DNA from: Massalongia carnosa
Lineage: Eukaryota
Direction of reading: 5' to 3'
DNA length: 64,000 nt
NCBI GenBank assembly: GCA_965645245.1
Contig: OZ287074.1
Location: forward strand, 1,550,001-1,614,000
Each line of letters starts with the position of its first letter. Position 1 is the first letter of the stretch. The notes below the pieces were generated by a model that saw only the letters and a program-made list of their open reading frames with translations, was not told where the DNA came from and searched no databases. This document shows positions 1 through 13,301 of this stretch, in pieces. The translations under genes were made by a program, and so were the position numbers.

Positions 1-398
1 CCTGATACAGACATCTTTAAGGGTGTTCAAAGTGCTACGCGTCTTCTTCGGTGCCTCAGGCGCGAGGGGTGTTTGGTCTTATATAGAGCGGTCTGTAGTG
101 TTCGTCAGGTGCAACGGGAATAGCTTCACATAGATGGGAACAATCGTCAATGCAGTAGATTGTAACTATGAAGTTAAGATGGTAGGGAAGGTTGAACACG
201 AAGTTTCCATAAGGGAATCTTCGCTACCTATATAGTCCTTGCTCACTCTGCTCGCCCCGCTCGCCCGTGAGCTCGGTGAACTCTCCAGCTCGCCCTGCTC
301 ACAAGTGAGCCAGGTGAGCTTTCCGCTGGGTCTAAACCTAGAACGGTTTAACTGTTCGATCCATAGTAGGATGTCCTATCCCTACTAGGGTCGTAACA
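1..398 (-). mobile_element. Probable LTR (partial, runs off window) abutting a LINE RT fragment
   Basis: On the minus strand the LINE RT reading frame stops at GIPQG and is followed directly by TGTTAC..., a typical LTR terminus. The other end is not visible. Confidence 0.4.
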
Positions 399-1393
399 CC
401 CTGTGGTATGCCAGTTCTCACCGCGAATCGTCCGGTCGCTTTTCGATTTATAGCTAGAGTTGTGCTACGATCATTTAAAAAGCTGTTTAACCAATCAGTA
501 ATCCATTTCGGGATTTTTCTTTTACGTAGATTATGCGTTAGTCTTTGATGTAAAACTGTATCAAACGCGCCGGCGACGTCTATGCTTAAAAGTGTGGCTA
601 CTTTATCTTTTCCTTGTCCCCAAATCGTGTGAACATGTTCGGTTAGTAACTCAAGAGCTGATTCTGTAGATCTGCCCTTTCTCGCTCCCATCTGTGTGTC
701 GGGTAGGAGCCGATGTGTTTCCGCTAAATAGGTTATTTTTGATCCTATGATAGATTCCATTACTTTGCTGAGCGTGTTGAGTAATGTAACTGGTCGGTAA
801 GCCTTCGGCGTGGTGTAATTTCCTTTGTCTATTTTTCTTAATGCTATAGTGTTTGCCATTTTGAAGGCTCGGGGATGGTACGAAAGTGTAACGCACGACT
901 GAAACAGAGGTGTTAATAATTCAACAAGCTATTCCGCGCATGCTTTAAGTACTATATTAGATATACCGTCAGGACGCGGTGCTTTATCGGGTTTGAGCCG
1001 ATGCAGGGCCTTCGACACTTCTGACTTGTTGATGATTATTAGATAATGCGGCGATGCTGGATAGAAGGATCCTTCTATATCGCTTAAGTCGGCCGGTGGT
1101 GATGCGGGAAAGAAAATGCTTTTCAGCATTTCGGCTTTCTCATCGAACGTGTCTGCTGTTTGATTATTGAACTTTAAAGTCGGCATTTTGGGTACTTCTC
1201 TAGCTGAGGCGTTTCGGTAGACTTACTGATCTCTTGACGAAAATTTGTCCTCTTTGCTTTTTGGATAATTTTCTGTTTCTTGTCATTAGATTTCATGTAG
1301 TTGGACCAGTCCGCTGGATCTCGTGTGTCAGACTATATGCGGCGTAATTTTTGTATGGCTTTAGTGGTAATATTGCATTCTTCTGTCCAGAAA
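399..1393 (-). pseudogene. LINE family 2 (Tad1/CgT1-like) ORF2 reverse transcriptase fragment
   Basis: ORFs 338-859 and 929-1186 carry KAPRPDGI, YRPVTLLNTLSK, QMGARKGRST, SIDVAGAFD and GIPQG motifs. Homologous to 60060-60428 and to the 3' end of 20251-23080. Confidence 0.9.
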
Positions 1394-1512
1394 TACGCCA
1401 CGCAACGTTGGGTCGGGTTTTGACCAGTCGAACCCGACCCGGAAACCCGACCCGAACCCGCTTGGCAAAAACCCGACGGGTTGGGGAACCGATCTCGGGT
1501 TAACCCGCTTAA
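1394..1512. mobile_element. One end of a hAT-type TIR element (same family as 5615-6060)
   Basis: TACGCCACGCAACGTTGGGTCGGG terminus plus ACCCG/CGGGT subterminal repeats matching the MITE at 5615-6060. Confidence 0.65.
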
Positions 1513-1839
1513 CCCTTATATTTTAGTATTTAGAATTAAATTTTATAAGTCGAATTTTAATAACCGTAAACTAAAATACAATTTTGGGGAAATAAAATTT
1601 CTAATAGTCTTTATAATAGTCTTTGTCGTGAAATAAACACGAAATGTAATGATTCGATTTAAAAGTTCCGTAATTAGACTAGAGCAGATTATTGTCCTAC
1701 ATCGGTAATTATTATGCATTTTATGCACTTCCCCCGTATGCTCCTCCCCCGTGTCCTCCTTCTAGGTTTATATTTTTACATCAATTCGTAGCCCGCGAGT
1801 AGGTAAATTGGTTAGTATATAATTGTGATTATTTCCTAT

Positions 1840-2010
1840 TGTGACGAAGCGAGATAGTGAATAGATTTCTACCATTGCGCCACCTGTACTTCCCGACCAA
1901 AAGGCACAATACTTAGTCCGCAGACCAAGTTCTATTCTACTATAACTGGGACTCCTGCTATGTTCGCTGTAGGTCCTGCCGTCCGCACTACGCTTGGTCG
2001 AACTGTTACA
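1840..2010. mobile_element. Solo LTR (171 bp) with 5-bp TSD
   Basis: TGTGAC...GTTACA termini; CCTAT direct repeat at 1835-1839 and 2011-2015. Further copies in opposite orientation at 12940-13162 and 59931-60059. Confidence 0.9.
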
Positions 2011-2299
2011 CCTATCAAGCATTATACATAATACTACCGCTTCCTCTATCTTTTCTTACATTGATTTCCACCTATATATAAATTAAACTGCTCTCCTAGC
2101 TGCTGGTTCTGCGGTGAGCATATATCAGTTTCTAAACCTGAAGGATTTGGATTTAACAGCCAGCACCACCTACAGGTTTCTGCTCGTCGCTGGTCTCCGA
2201 GATGCTTAGGGACAGTACCCCTCCGACCGTCCCCCCCCCCCTGTGTAAATCTTTACTAGTAAATAGCTATTTTACAACTCATCCAGGGTGCGTATAAGT

Positions 2300-4208
2300 T
2301 AATCGTGCCACGCCTCACCCCCTAGTGGGGGTGCTGGCTACCCAAATGACGTATACTACCCATATGACGTTTTTTCGATTTTTGACTTCAACTATTCAAC
2401 GATCACCATTCAACAACACAATGCCTACCAATTATGAAGAATTGGAGCATCATATTCAGGATGCCCTGGATGCTATTGGCGATGGCGAATACCGTTTTAC
2501 AACCGATGCTGCCGTCGCATTCAACGTCAAAGTCAGAACTCTTCAGAGACGCATTGCTGGAACCCAAACTTCCTTCTTTGAACGTGAGCCTCATGTTTAT
2601 GCTCTAACTGACGATCAAAGAGGTACAATAATTATATATTTGACAGGACTGGATAAACTATCGATTTCTGCGCGCATCAGGCATCTGCGGGGTGCAGCAA
2701 ATTACCTTCTTGCTCAGGCGAATCCCGTCGATCCTCCCCCGAGTCGGACAGCACTGGCCAGCACGATTTCTAGCTCAGCACCCTCAATTTCATAGGAGTA
2801 AGCAGACACCTCTTGCAGTCAAAAGGAAGACTTCCCTTACAAACGATGTTGCAAAGGCTTACTTCCATGAATTTCGTCAAATTTGTCACGAGAAGGGGAT
2901 CGGACCCGAAGATATTTGAAACATGGACGAGTCAGGCTTTCGGATAGGCGTTGGCAGGGGTCATACTGTCATCACATTGCTTGCCAAAGGTCCTGTTCGT
3001 GTTACTGATCGGGTGTACGTGATCTGATCAGTGACGTTGAAAGTATTAGTGGTGGAGGAGCGACGATCCCTCCGATGCTCATCGTGCCCGGAGTTTATAT
3101 TCTAAATAAATGGGTGCAAGAAAATGACCTCGACGATGATATACTGCTTGCTACTACTTCCTCTAGGTATTCCGATGATGTTAAGGCTTATGAGTAGATA
3201 CAGCACTTTGAAAAACATAGTCGGAAGACTCAGGTAGGTGGCTGGAGACTCCTCATCATAGAAAATTATAGATCTCATCTTACATACGAATTTATTGAGT
3301 ACTGCAATCACAAGAATATCATCCTGTTCGGTCTTCCCCCGCATTCTACACATGTTACTCAGCCATTGGATGTGGGAATATTTCAGCCCATGAAGCATTA
3401 TCATTCAGATGTAATTGACGATGCTGTTCGACTCGGGAGCGATAATTTCAACAAACAAGACTTTTTTGCCGCTTTCACAGACATGCGAGCAAAGGCCTTT
3501 ACTAGATCAACTATTCTATCGGCCTTCGAACACACTGGTCAAATTCCTTACTCACCCAAGATAGTACTAGATAAAATAAGTGGCTGGCAACCCCCTTCAA
3601 AGGAGCCAACTCCGGACCCTTTCGGCTCGTCACAATCCTTTTAGGGCACTCCACATGGTCCTAAGCAGTTGTTTAGACGCGGAAAGGAGTAACAAAGAGG
3701 TCTAGAAGACTTTTATCTGCCCGAGGATCGTCGTAAAATGATGGATCAATATTTGAAGGGGTCGCTCGAAGCTGCGAATTCGCTAGCGTTGGCGGAGCGA
3801 GACATTGCAGCCACTCAAAATCATCACAATCAACGCTCAAAAAGAGAAGCACTAGATAGATCGCTTGCTCAAAAGGGCGGTGTTATAACTGTGGGTGACG
3901 CAAGAGGAAAAATTAAGGCATGGAGGATAGAGAAAGTGGCTAAGCATAATGAGCAAAGGAGCGGCAAGAGAGGATCGATGCAAATGCACGAAATAAGTGG
4001 AATAAACAGTGCGCCAAAGGCTTCAAATTGATAGGTAAGAAAGCTGATCAGTGGATCAACACCTGGATAGAGTTATTAGACATAGAATATGAGGATGGGG
4101 CTACCTTTGAGGAGGTAATAGAACTTTTTAATTAAAAACGTCATATGGGTTGTGTACGTCATTTGGGTGGCCAGCACCCCCGCTAGGGGGTGAGGCGTGG
4201 CACGATTA
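2300..4208 (+). mobile_element. Fot1/pogo-type (Tc1/mariner superfamily) DNA transposon, ~1.9 kb
   Basis: ~74-bp terminal inverted repeats (TAATCGTGCCACGCCTCACCCCCTAG... at 2300-2373, inverse at 4135-4208) enclosing a decayed DDE transposase. Confidence 0.9.
2421..4090 (+). pseudogene. Fot1/pogo-like DDE transposase, disrupted
   Basis: N-terminal HTH (AAVAFNVKVRTLQRR), CENP-B-like HTH (VGQHWPARFLAQHP), DI*NMDESGFRIG and PPHSTHVTQPLDVGIFQPMK motifs. Several stops and frameshifts; 3' end approximate. Confidence 0.85.
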
Positions 4209-4710
4209 GCAGTTACACTACGTATTAATAATGTTTCTCTTACTGACTAGGTGTATTCAACGTCTATAAATCTACCTATTGCGATGACTTCAACTCCAAA
4301 AACTCGTCAGTCACTTGCGATACATCATCTTTTCTAGGCTTCATAATTTTAATCACCTTTCTCATCGCCGTCTCCTTTCTCGCTTAAGCCCTAGCCTGTT
4401 TGACTGATTTCTCGACTCTTTGCTGAGATTCCAACTCTAACTGAGCCTTTGATTTCTTCGCTACAACCCGAGACCTTCGTATTGTTGCAGAGGAAGTAGG
4501 GAGAATTTGACTGGCGCGCACGTTTTGACTAAGTGTCAGGGCATAGAAGGAATAAGGGCTAAGCTAACTAAGCGGGGCTTTGTTCTACGGCTAGGCTTAG
4601 TCATATGGAAAGCAGTTGGTCTGCGTTACGCGGCTGGTATCTACTGCCGAGAGTATAGTACGAGCGATCGAGATATGCGAGGATGCTCGTACGATTAGTG
4701 AGCGGATGGT

Positions 4711-4795
4711 ACGATACAGTCAGCACAGTGTCCACGATACTGTCAGCACAGTGTCTACGATACAGTCAGCACAGTGTCCACGATGCAGTCAGCAG
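4711..4795 (+). repeat. 23-bp tandem repeat (ACGATACAGTCAGCACAGTGTCC) x ~3.6, in an LTR-like context (~4534-5002)
   Basis: Repeat read directly. Nearby TGTCAG, TATATAA and TGTCACA suggest an LTR, but no TSD was found. Confidence 0.6.
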
Positions 4796-5614
4796 AGTAT
4801 TTAGCCGGCTTATCCGGTAGGAGTAATGGGCGGTCAAGATAGTTACAGTATCAAGGGCCCAGAGGGTCAAGGGCTTCGGTCCGGGTATATAATGAGGCTG
4901 CTCGAGGGAGATGCAATCTTCAACGATTAGTCTTCCGCTTTACCTACATACTTCTTTTAGTATATTAGTATAGCAAATCATTAGTGTCTTTACATTGTCA
5001 CATATCCCTAGGCCTGGTGTCTGATAATCGCCAGGTCTGACTCTTCCACTAAGACTATAAAGAGATGAAGGCGGCGCTGCCTAAGGTAGGGCTTTTTCAC
5101 TATGTTTGACAAGCACATCGTCAATATCTTCGAGCGAATCCGACGAGGCTTTAATAATCGCTCCTCGACAGACGAAGTCCTTGAATTCCTAATATTCTCG
5201 CTGCTTAGCCATACCGGGTTGACGATACACGGAGACTCTTTCCTTGATCTAGGGCATCTGTTCAATCAGGGTCCCTACTATAATGTTCTCTAAATGCAGA
5301 GGTATCAGTGGCTATCTCATGATTATGCTCGGAGTTAGTAATTATTAGTCTCCATGCAATGTCTTTGTTTTTTTTGAGACGGAGGCGAAAAGGGCACTTA
5401 TTGAACGAAACTTTGGTATTGGCTCGCACCCGGTATTCCTCCTCTACTTTTCTAGTGTTTCTAATTCTTTTGTGGTTGCGTGTGCAGTCTAATACGATTA
5501 AATAGTTTTTTTTATCGTGAGTTTCTGAAACGGAGAGACCTTCTCCCAGCAGGCATTCACTACTAGAAGACGGGATCCACAGGGGCTACACAACGCGATA
5601 GTCATAATAGAGGT

Positions 5615-6060
5615 TACGCCGCGCAACGGGTTGGGTTAAACCCGTCGGGTTTGGGTCGGGTTTTCGGGTCGGGTTGGACTCCATCGAACCTGACCCAACG
5701 GGTTTGGGGTTTTTATGCGGGTTTCCGGGTTAAACCGTTCAACCCGGTCAGTTTTTTTAGCAAATTAAATATGAAAATTCGATCGAAATATGACGTTTAA
5801 AACGATAAAAACTTTGCTTACTAATCATCATTTCTCGATGACTAATTTTCAGAATTTTCAGAATTTTTAAATATGTTTAAAACGTCTAAAAAACACGTGT
5901 AAAATTGACATAAAAAATCCACCGGGTCGAGCGGGTCAAACGGGTAAACTCGGGAACGGTTCCCCAACCCATCGGGTTGAGCCCTACAGGTTCCCCCACC
6001 CGTAGCGGGTCAGGTTCGACTAGTCATAACCCGACCCAACCCGACCCGTTGTGCGGCGTA
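5615..6060. mobile_element. hAT-type MITE (446 bp)
   Basis: TIR TACGCCGCGCAACGGGT / ACCCGTTGTGCGGCGTA; many ACCCG subterminal repeats; 8-bp TSD ATAGAGGT at 5607-5614 and 7903-7910, displaced by the nested pogo element. Confidence 0.85.
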
Positions 6061-7900
6061 ACGTAATTTACTGCTATTCGGAACACCCGCTTATTCGGAA
6101 CTAACAAATTTGATACCAACCTTCGTAATTTTTTATCACCGCCGCATCCGCAAAATTTCTAGCACATGTGCTCGGGAATTGATGAATAGGTTCTAGTAAA
6201 TATATATAGCTAGGCATAAGCTTATAGAGCTATATTTTACGAGTGTTACAGATGACACGACCGCGCGAGCTAAGCCGAACCTCTAAAACTGTCATGAAAT
6301 CGAACCAACCCGATCCAGAATCAATCCCGCAGATGAATCTGACTAAGCTCCCGTTCCTCTATTCAGCTTAGTCAGAATCTCATTAACTAAATCGAGTTTA
6401 GACCCCTCTTAACGGCTTCAGGTCAAAGCTGTACCATCACCATCAAAGCGTACCAACGACAGGAGAACCTCATCTCCACCTTTTATCGTCAAACACCTCG
6501 TCAAACCTTCGTGCCGTACGTCTCCTAATAGGGGGAGATAAACACTGATCGAATCTTCATGCAAAGGGGTTCGAGACAAATATAAAAGGAAGGACAAGTT
6601 AATTAGATAGTTGACTCCTTGTCCGACGTCTTGTATAGCAATCCATCACCTAGCTATAGCCTTATTAATATAGACATCTTGATCACCCAATCCAATTCCT
6701 AGGAACATTAGTTTAATCCCCTGCCCAGTCCTTGACAAAAACTTCCTACTTCTCCCCTTTTCCTACTATTTCCACATCACCTTGTACCAACCTAGTGATA
6801 TTTTTCTTTCTTGGTATACCTTTTCCTTTATTTCGAGCAGTTTCTTTAAACCCTAGGTCACCATCAACTGTCTCCTTAAAAATATGAGGTGTAATCTGAA
6901 TAAGGTCGCGAAAAGCGTTTTGAAAGATAGAATAGTCTCGTTTCTTATTTTTAAGTAAAGATCAAGATGTTACAAGATCAGGCACGTATATTAGGTCGGG
7001 TTCATCGCGTTACGTCTTTAGATACCTGAAAAAATAGTCGATCGTTCTGTTTTTCTTTCCTTACCTGCGATCTAGCCTTTTTCTCCTTTTTCTTATTTTT
7101 AGCTAGTTGTCTTCTTTTCTCCACATCTTCTAAACTCAATTCGCGATCCCCTTAAACATCATATTGAGTGCTCGTACGTTGAGCTCGTTATTTTTTTCGT
7201 GTATTGGCTGCTAAAAGCTCCGTATTAGTACGATTCAAGACAATACGATCAGTCATAGCAAGCCTAGCTGCTTTAAGGGTTTTTTATAGAAGAGTAAGCT
7301 TAGAGGAATCAAGAGTCTGAGGGCGAAATAATATATAAACTCCTCAACCTTTGAGACTTGTTTTACGTTTCCTGATATTGGTGATATTTGGCCTGAAAGA
7401 TAACGCGTTTGAATAAAAGTACTAGCGCTAGGTAGAGTGTCATCGTCCGTATAAGGCTTAGCTGATATTTTGTCAAGGCGGAGTCTAGTAGCTCTAGTTA
7501 TCCTAGCTCTGCTTTGAAGTAACGTACGATACCTGGTCCTGGCGACCGTTTATCCTGTGATACAATGTTGTTTTCGGTACCGCATGAAGTCAAGTAGCTT
7601 GCGTAATAGACAACGACCCTTCTCATAGACCTTAACTGCCTATTTTAAACGTTCTCTAACCTCGTCTTTCAAGGTAGTACGCAATCTCGATTTTGTAACT
7701 CGAAAATGCCGGGAAAAAGCCATTTCAGCGGTGTAATTTATCGATAATCAGCTATTATGTTAATTATAATACCCTTTACCTTATTAAATTAGTTCTAGGG
7801 TTTTCTTCAATAAGTTGTAGAAGAGATAATGGTTGAAAGTAAGTTTCGTGGTTTTGTTAGTTCCGAATAAGCGGGTATTCCGAATACAGGTGAATTACGA
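6061..7900 (-). mobile_element. Second pogo/Fot1-type element, decayed, with TA TSD
   Basis: TIR ACGTAATT...TTCGGAACACCCGCTTATTCGGAACTAACAAA, inverse at ~7853-7900. TA on both sides. Minus-strand remnant HAVPKTTLYHRINGRQ (HTH of Fot1-like transposases) at ~7540-7590. Confidence 0.8.
6244..6737. mobile_element. LTR-like insertion inside the pogo element
   Basis: TGTTACA...TTGACA ends and an internal TATAAAA. No matching TSD. Confidence 0.4.
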
Positions 7901-8439
7901 TAATAGAGGTACAAATAGGTTGGGTCGGGTAAAGGGTAGACTAAATACTACCCTTTTGAAGTGCTTAATCATTGATCTATATAGGATAGGATAATCTATA
8001 ACCTAAGCTTTTCTTCCATACCTTGCCCATATTACCTGGTATTTTAGGACTCCGAAATACTTCGGTCACCGAAACACTCGGGTAGATGAGACCTGGCAGG
8101 CGAGCTAGGGGACGTGAGGCGAGGCGAGGGGATACTTCGTGTACTACGAAAACACCTCCATAATAAGTTAAGTCCCTATACTAGGCCTAACTGGGTTCGG
8201 CGGGACCTTATTGTCTTTGGTGGTTGTTTTAACTGTACGAAGTACGTATCCCATATAGCCACATAGGCTAGTCTTATGTTCAACGAACGCATACTCGGCC
8301 TACCCTATTACAGTTTCCGTGACCAACGCGAAGCCTTGAGTAAAGGTATAGTCTTGAAGACCAGTCTTTGCCTCCTCTTAAGACGAAAATAACTCATTTT
8401 CTTGCGGAGGAAGGAGGTGAGGTGGGGATAGAAGAGCAA

Positions 8440-11400
8440 TGGCATGTTGCTTCCGTGCAACCAAAGAAGTGGGATCGAACTCCATCGCGATAAGGAGTAG
8501 TAAAATATATAATATGAGGTATAGCATAAGTGGAAGGAGAGATTTAGAGAGGGCAATGGGTTAGGACAAGGGCAAGGGCAAATGATAAGTGAGGGTGAGG
8601 GTACAGACGAGGAAAAGGATTTGTATGAAAAGCAGGACAAAGCATTGACCAGGGTGCATACCTTTATTCTGGAGTCAGTTTCAGCACGGATGGTGAATCA
8701 TACGGCCTATACGGAACAGGACCCATACGACACCCTCATAGCTCTGAAACAACGGCTTAAACCTTCTAGCGCAAGCCTTTCTCTCGAAGTGGAAAGGAAG
8801 TTCCATCGTCTGGCCAAAGGACCTGGAAATCTGAACATAGAAGCTTGGCTAGATGAGTGGATAGATATGTATCATGAGGCCTAAAGGCGAAAGATTTTAG
8901 AGATCACTGGCGAAAGGGCCATCCGCGATTTTTTGCTAGCTGTCAAGACCTTCAACCCTTATTATACTAGCAATCGACGGGGATTTCGTAAGAACATCGA
9001 GATACAGAACCAAGGCATGGCCGAGAACCCAGTTCTAGGCCTAGGCCGTCAACAACAACAATTCACCATGGAACAGGAGATAGAGAGCCTGCGAGAGGAT
9101 TATCGCGAAAATCAGACCTTAGCATTAAATAACCCGGCCGCCCTAGTAACTCAGGCAAAACCTACCCTCAAAAGCAGAGATCAGGAAGGGGAGGACAAGG
9201 ATAATAAATGCAGGGAAGGGAGGGGGCCCATGTGTCTCTGTGGTGATAATATGTTTTATTCCAATTGTCCCTACCTCGTTCCTAGCAAACCACCACTAGG
9301 ATAGAAGGAGGACCCAGAGATAAGGAAAAAGATCGATGAGGCATTAAAAAATAAAGAAACGAAAGAAAGGGTCGAGGGCTTTCTGAAACGTCAGGCCGAA
9401 AAGTCAAATGCTTCTTCATCGTCTAAAACAGCCAACACTCCTACAAATGCATCAAGGACTGAAGGTGGTGGTGCATTCGTCACGACTGATAATTCTGCAT
9501 TTGCCACAGAAGTTTCTGGCATGGAGTCTCTGCTAATTCATGACGCGGCCTCATCAGTGCACATTTGCAATAGGTTGTCGGCCTACCTCTATAAGAAAAT
9601 CAGGGACTCATATAGCGATGAGTATCTGCAATCAGGAACTGACAAGGTCAGAATCGAAAGCTGGGGGGTGATACACACCGCTTTTAAGACACCTAACGGA
9701 CTCTATGGATCATCTCTTCAAAACGTGGCCTATGCAGCAAATTTTATGACGAGTATTGTTTCAGGTGCTCTTTTAGAAAGCAAGAACGTAAGCCTGAATT
9801 CCAGAGGACCTCATTTGTTCACCGGCGACGACCCTACTAAAGTCGGATTTTGCCTCTATCGCAATGGATCATACCTTACCTTCTCGGCCACAGGACTCCC
9901 ACATCCATTTCCAGAGGGGGTTGCGAAAATTGAGCCGGAACTTGATTCAACAGCAACTAATCCTTCGGCCTACGCGACTGAGGCTATACGGAGCAAGGCT
10001 GCAGAGGAATGGCATAGGATAATGAGTCACCCATCTGGTGATACAATCAGCCACTTGGAGAAATCAACAGAGGGAATAAAAGTCCTGGAGTCGGAAGTCC
10101 CTAAAACAAATCAATGCGAGACGTGTGCGTTGACCAAAAGTCAACGAATAATCTCTCGATCCACCAACAAATCAGAAGATAAACCGGAGCCTTTTCATCT
10201 TATATCCATAGACCTGATGCCTTTCGAGACGTCATTAAATGGGCACGAATGGGCGACCCACATAGCCTGTATAGCTACTGACTTCAACATTTTAGAGACT
10301 CATCGCAGCAAGTCTGACTGCAGAGAGTTCATTTTGAACACGATGGCTAGGATAAAATAGAGGTTTAAACGCGACGTCGTGTTCATACGTTCTGACAACG
10401 AGGGATCTTTTAACACCGCTTTCAGAGATGAAATCAAAGGCCTAGGAATTACCTTGGAACCTAGTAGTCCTGATACGCCGGAACAGAACGGGCATGCGGA
10501 ACGCAAAGGCAAGGGCATTGCGGATAGAGGCCGAGTTGCCTCATAACCTGTGGGTTGAGGCTATTCACACTGCTTGCTATTTAGCAAATCGCACACCTAT
10601 GGCGAAACATAACTGGAAGACGCCTTACGAACTAGTCACCTGCCAAAGCCTATTTTATCACATTTGAAGGTCTACGGATATAAGGCCTACCCGTTGAAAC
10701 ATCACATACCAAGGAAGCAAAACTGGAACCTAGGGCGCATATAGGATATTTGGTAGGCTATGATTCAACAAACATCTTCAGAATTTGGATACCATCAAGG
10801 CGCAAAATCATACGATCAAGGGACGTCCTTTTCGATGAGGACGAGGTCCACAGCCTTGTTGACCCACCAGACCTGTTGCATTTCCTCTCTACCACCGGAG
10901 ATAATGCACCCTACATCATTACTGATCGCATGCGAAATGCACTAGCTGAGTTAGATGCTGAGGACGAAAAACATCGTAGCACCTTTGACGAATTATTTGC
11001 AAATTCACCTACTATCGCGGAAAATCCTTTTATAACAGAAAAGCCTAGTATAGGACTTGATTGGCCATCTAGAAAAAGGCCTCATGACACAGCACCAAAC
11101 ATCCTTCCTACACCTACACCGTCCCTTAGTCCCTCACCAAGCACACTCATCGATTGAAAGATTATAATTCGTCAAAATGCTCAAATCGATGCAATCAACG
11201 ACAAACGCCAGAACACTTGTTATTGAATTGCATTCACTATTTCGATGAAATTCAAAACATGAAACAAACCATCGATACTACGATCAACTTGAATATGTTG
11301 TTTAATACAAAAATCGGAAATGACATTTTGATTAAATTCATTGTCAATAACAAAATCGCGACTAGAAAATAGATACTAGGTCAGCTTGATGACGATATTT

Positions 11401-12366
11401 TCGAAACTGGAGGTTGGGGAGAGATCGAACAGTAAAATCAGAAACGATTTATGCTGAAACAGTTACGAACTTACAAAGATAAATTGTGAAATCGATAATT
11501 TTCGATTACTATAGGTTGTTACTAACACGGAGTAAAAATGGGGTAAAATTGACGATACATAGATGGGTTATAAAGGGTTGATTTATTTGTAATATAGAAA
11601 CATATCCTAAAATAGTTTAGTGTCATAACCTTAGGTTGAATACACTTAATGAATAAATAAAATAAAAAACCAAGCATACTGGGGTGTGATAGTGATGATG
11701 CTATAGGTCTCCCACCGATAATGAGGCGTGCGCGTGCTATGAGGCCATTGACGTCAAGGAACATAGCACCACAGGCTCAAACGATTTTAGCAGACCTAGA
11801 CGACGACCACATCTTACCTGAAGGGTCAAAACGGCAAAGAACCACGCGTCATAATGTGTACGCAACACAGTTGGAGGAAGTTGGTCAAGGATCAACAGAC
11901 CCTTTTCACGCCTATTTTGCAGCCCTGACCATAGGTTCGGCCTATCGTCCAGCTTTAGCATTTACGACCAGGATAGCCTCATCCTCGGAGCGACCTCATA
12001 CGCGTCCACATCGAGACAATATGCCAGCCGCGCCGAAAGGGTTCAAGGAACTAGCTAGGCACCCATACTGCGAGGCGTTCAAAGAGGCAATGCGGGTGGA
12101 GATAAAGGAATTACAATACAAAGGCACGTAGGAAGAGGTGGTTAAGGATGAGGCCATACACAAGCAATCAGTTCCTACCATGTGGGTCTACAAGTATAAA
12201 TTTGATGAGGACGGCTGGCTTGTTAAACATAAGGCGCGTTTGGTGGCTAGAGGGGACCTTCAACATACGAATTTCGATACGTATGTAGCCACATTAGCTG
12301 CACGCCTATTTCGACTCCTGATGGCCCTCGTCGCATCATTTGACCTAAATACGAGACAGTACGATA
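8440..12366 (+). mobile_element. Ty1/copia LTR retrotransposon internal region (gag-PR-IN-RT), decayed and 3'-truncated
   Basis: Copia domain order: gag with Zn knuckle (CLCGDNMFYSNC), protease (LIHDAASSVHICN), pre-integrase WHRIMSHPS...CETC, integrase (IRSDNE, PEQNGHAER), RT (WVYKYKFDEDGWLVKHKARLVARGD). In-frame stops; 5' boundary approximate. Confidence 0.9.
11148..11668 (+). mobile_element. LINE family 1, 5'-truncated 3' end, inserted in copia
   Basis: Matches the 3' end of 50622-57559; A-rich tail; 12-bp TSD ACCAAGCA(C/T)ACT at 11136-11147 and 11669-11680. Confidence 0.95.
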
Positions 12367-12827
12367 GTAATTCTATGGCCATCTGACGTAGCTGAGCTAT
12401 TTTAGCGGGCCAGCCCCAGGCGTACAGTTGTAAAACCAAGTTCTTCAAAGCTTCTTCCTCCTCGGGGGTCAGCAGTTGTTTACTTTGATCAGACGTAAAT
12501 CGTGATTGACGACCCTGAATGCGGGCATGAAGGGTAAACTTTAAAACATCATATAGAAAAGCTGCCTTCGTAATGGAAAGAGCTCCATCGGCCTGTTTCC
12601 AGGCTAAAAAGGCTGACTATAATCGTTGTTGATAGGTGGAGGTGGGGTGAAAACATGAAGGAATGGAGGTCTTGCAGGAGGTGGTTTTTTTACCTATCCT
12701 ATGATTATAAAGTTTCAAAATGATGAATATAATCTACTGTGTTGTCTGAAGCTGAATTTGTAAAATGTATGTAATAAAGCCTTCATCATCTAGAGTGGTC
12801 AAAAAGTGATGATTTCGGAATTACTTA

Positions 12828-12938
12828 GTCCCGTTGCCTAGTTTGTCCCGTTGCCCAGTTTGTCCCGTTGCCCAGTTTGTCCCGTTGCCCAGTTTGTCCC
12901 GTTGCCCAGTTTGTCCCGTTACCCAGTGAGTTACGTTA
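12828..12938. repeat. 17-bp tandem repeat (TGTCCCGTTGCCCAGTT) x ~5.8 ending in a pogo-like ...TTACGT|TA terminus
   Basis: Repeat read directly. The ACGT+TA end resembles the TIR end at 6061. Confidence 0.7.
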
Positions 12939-12939
12939 G

Positions 12940-13162
12940 TGTAACGGTTCGACCAAGCTTGGTGCGGACGGCAGGACCTACAGCGAACATAGCAGGAGTC
13001 CCAGTTATAGTAGAATAGAGCTTGGTCTGCGGACTAAGTATTGTGCCTTTTGGTCGGGAAGGACAGGTAGCGCAACGGTAGAAATCTATTCATTGTGCCT
13101 TTTGGTCGGGAAGGACAGGTGGCGCAATGGTAGAAATCTATTCACTATCTCGCTTCGTTACA
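12940..13162. mobile_element. LTR, same family as 1840-2010, with an internal ~50-bp duplication
   Basis: TGTAAC...GTTACA; reverse complement of 1840-2010; ATTGTGCCTTTTGGTCGGG...GAAATCTATTC occurs twice; no TSD. Confidence 0.85.
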
Positions 13163-13301
13163 GGGTTGGGGTTTCGCCACAAAATTGCTTTTTCACCACC
13201 GGGTTTTTCTTTCAAAACTCAACCCGGACACCAAAAACCATACGGTTCGCCACAAACGGTTTGGGTTTTCATAAGAGAAACCCGACCCGTTGCGCTGCGT
13301 A
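13163..13301. mobile_element. hAT-type TIR end related to 5615-6060
   Basis: Ends in ACCCGACCCGTTGCGCTGCGTA. Confidence 0.6.
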
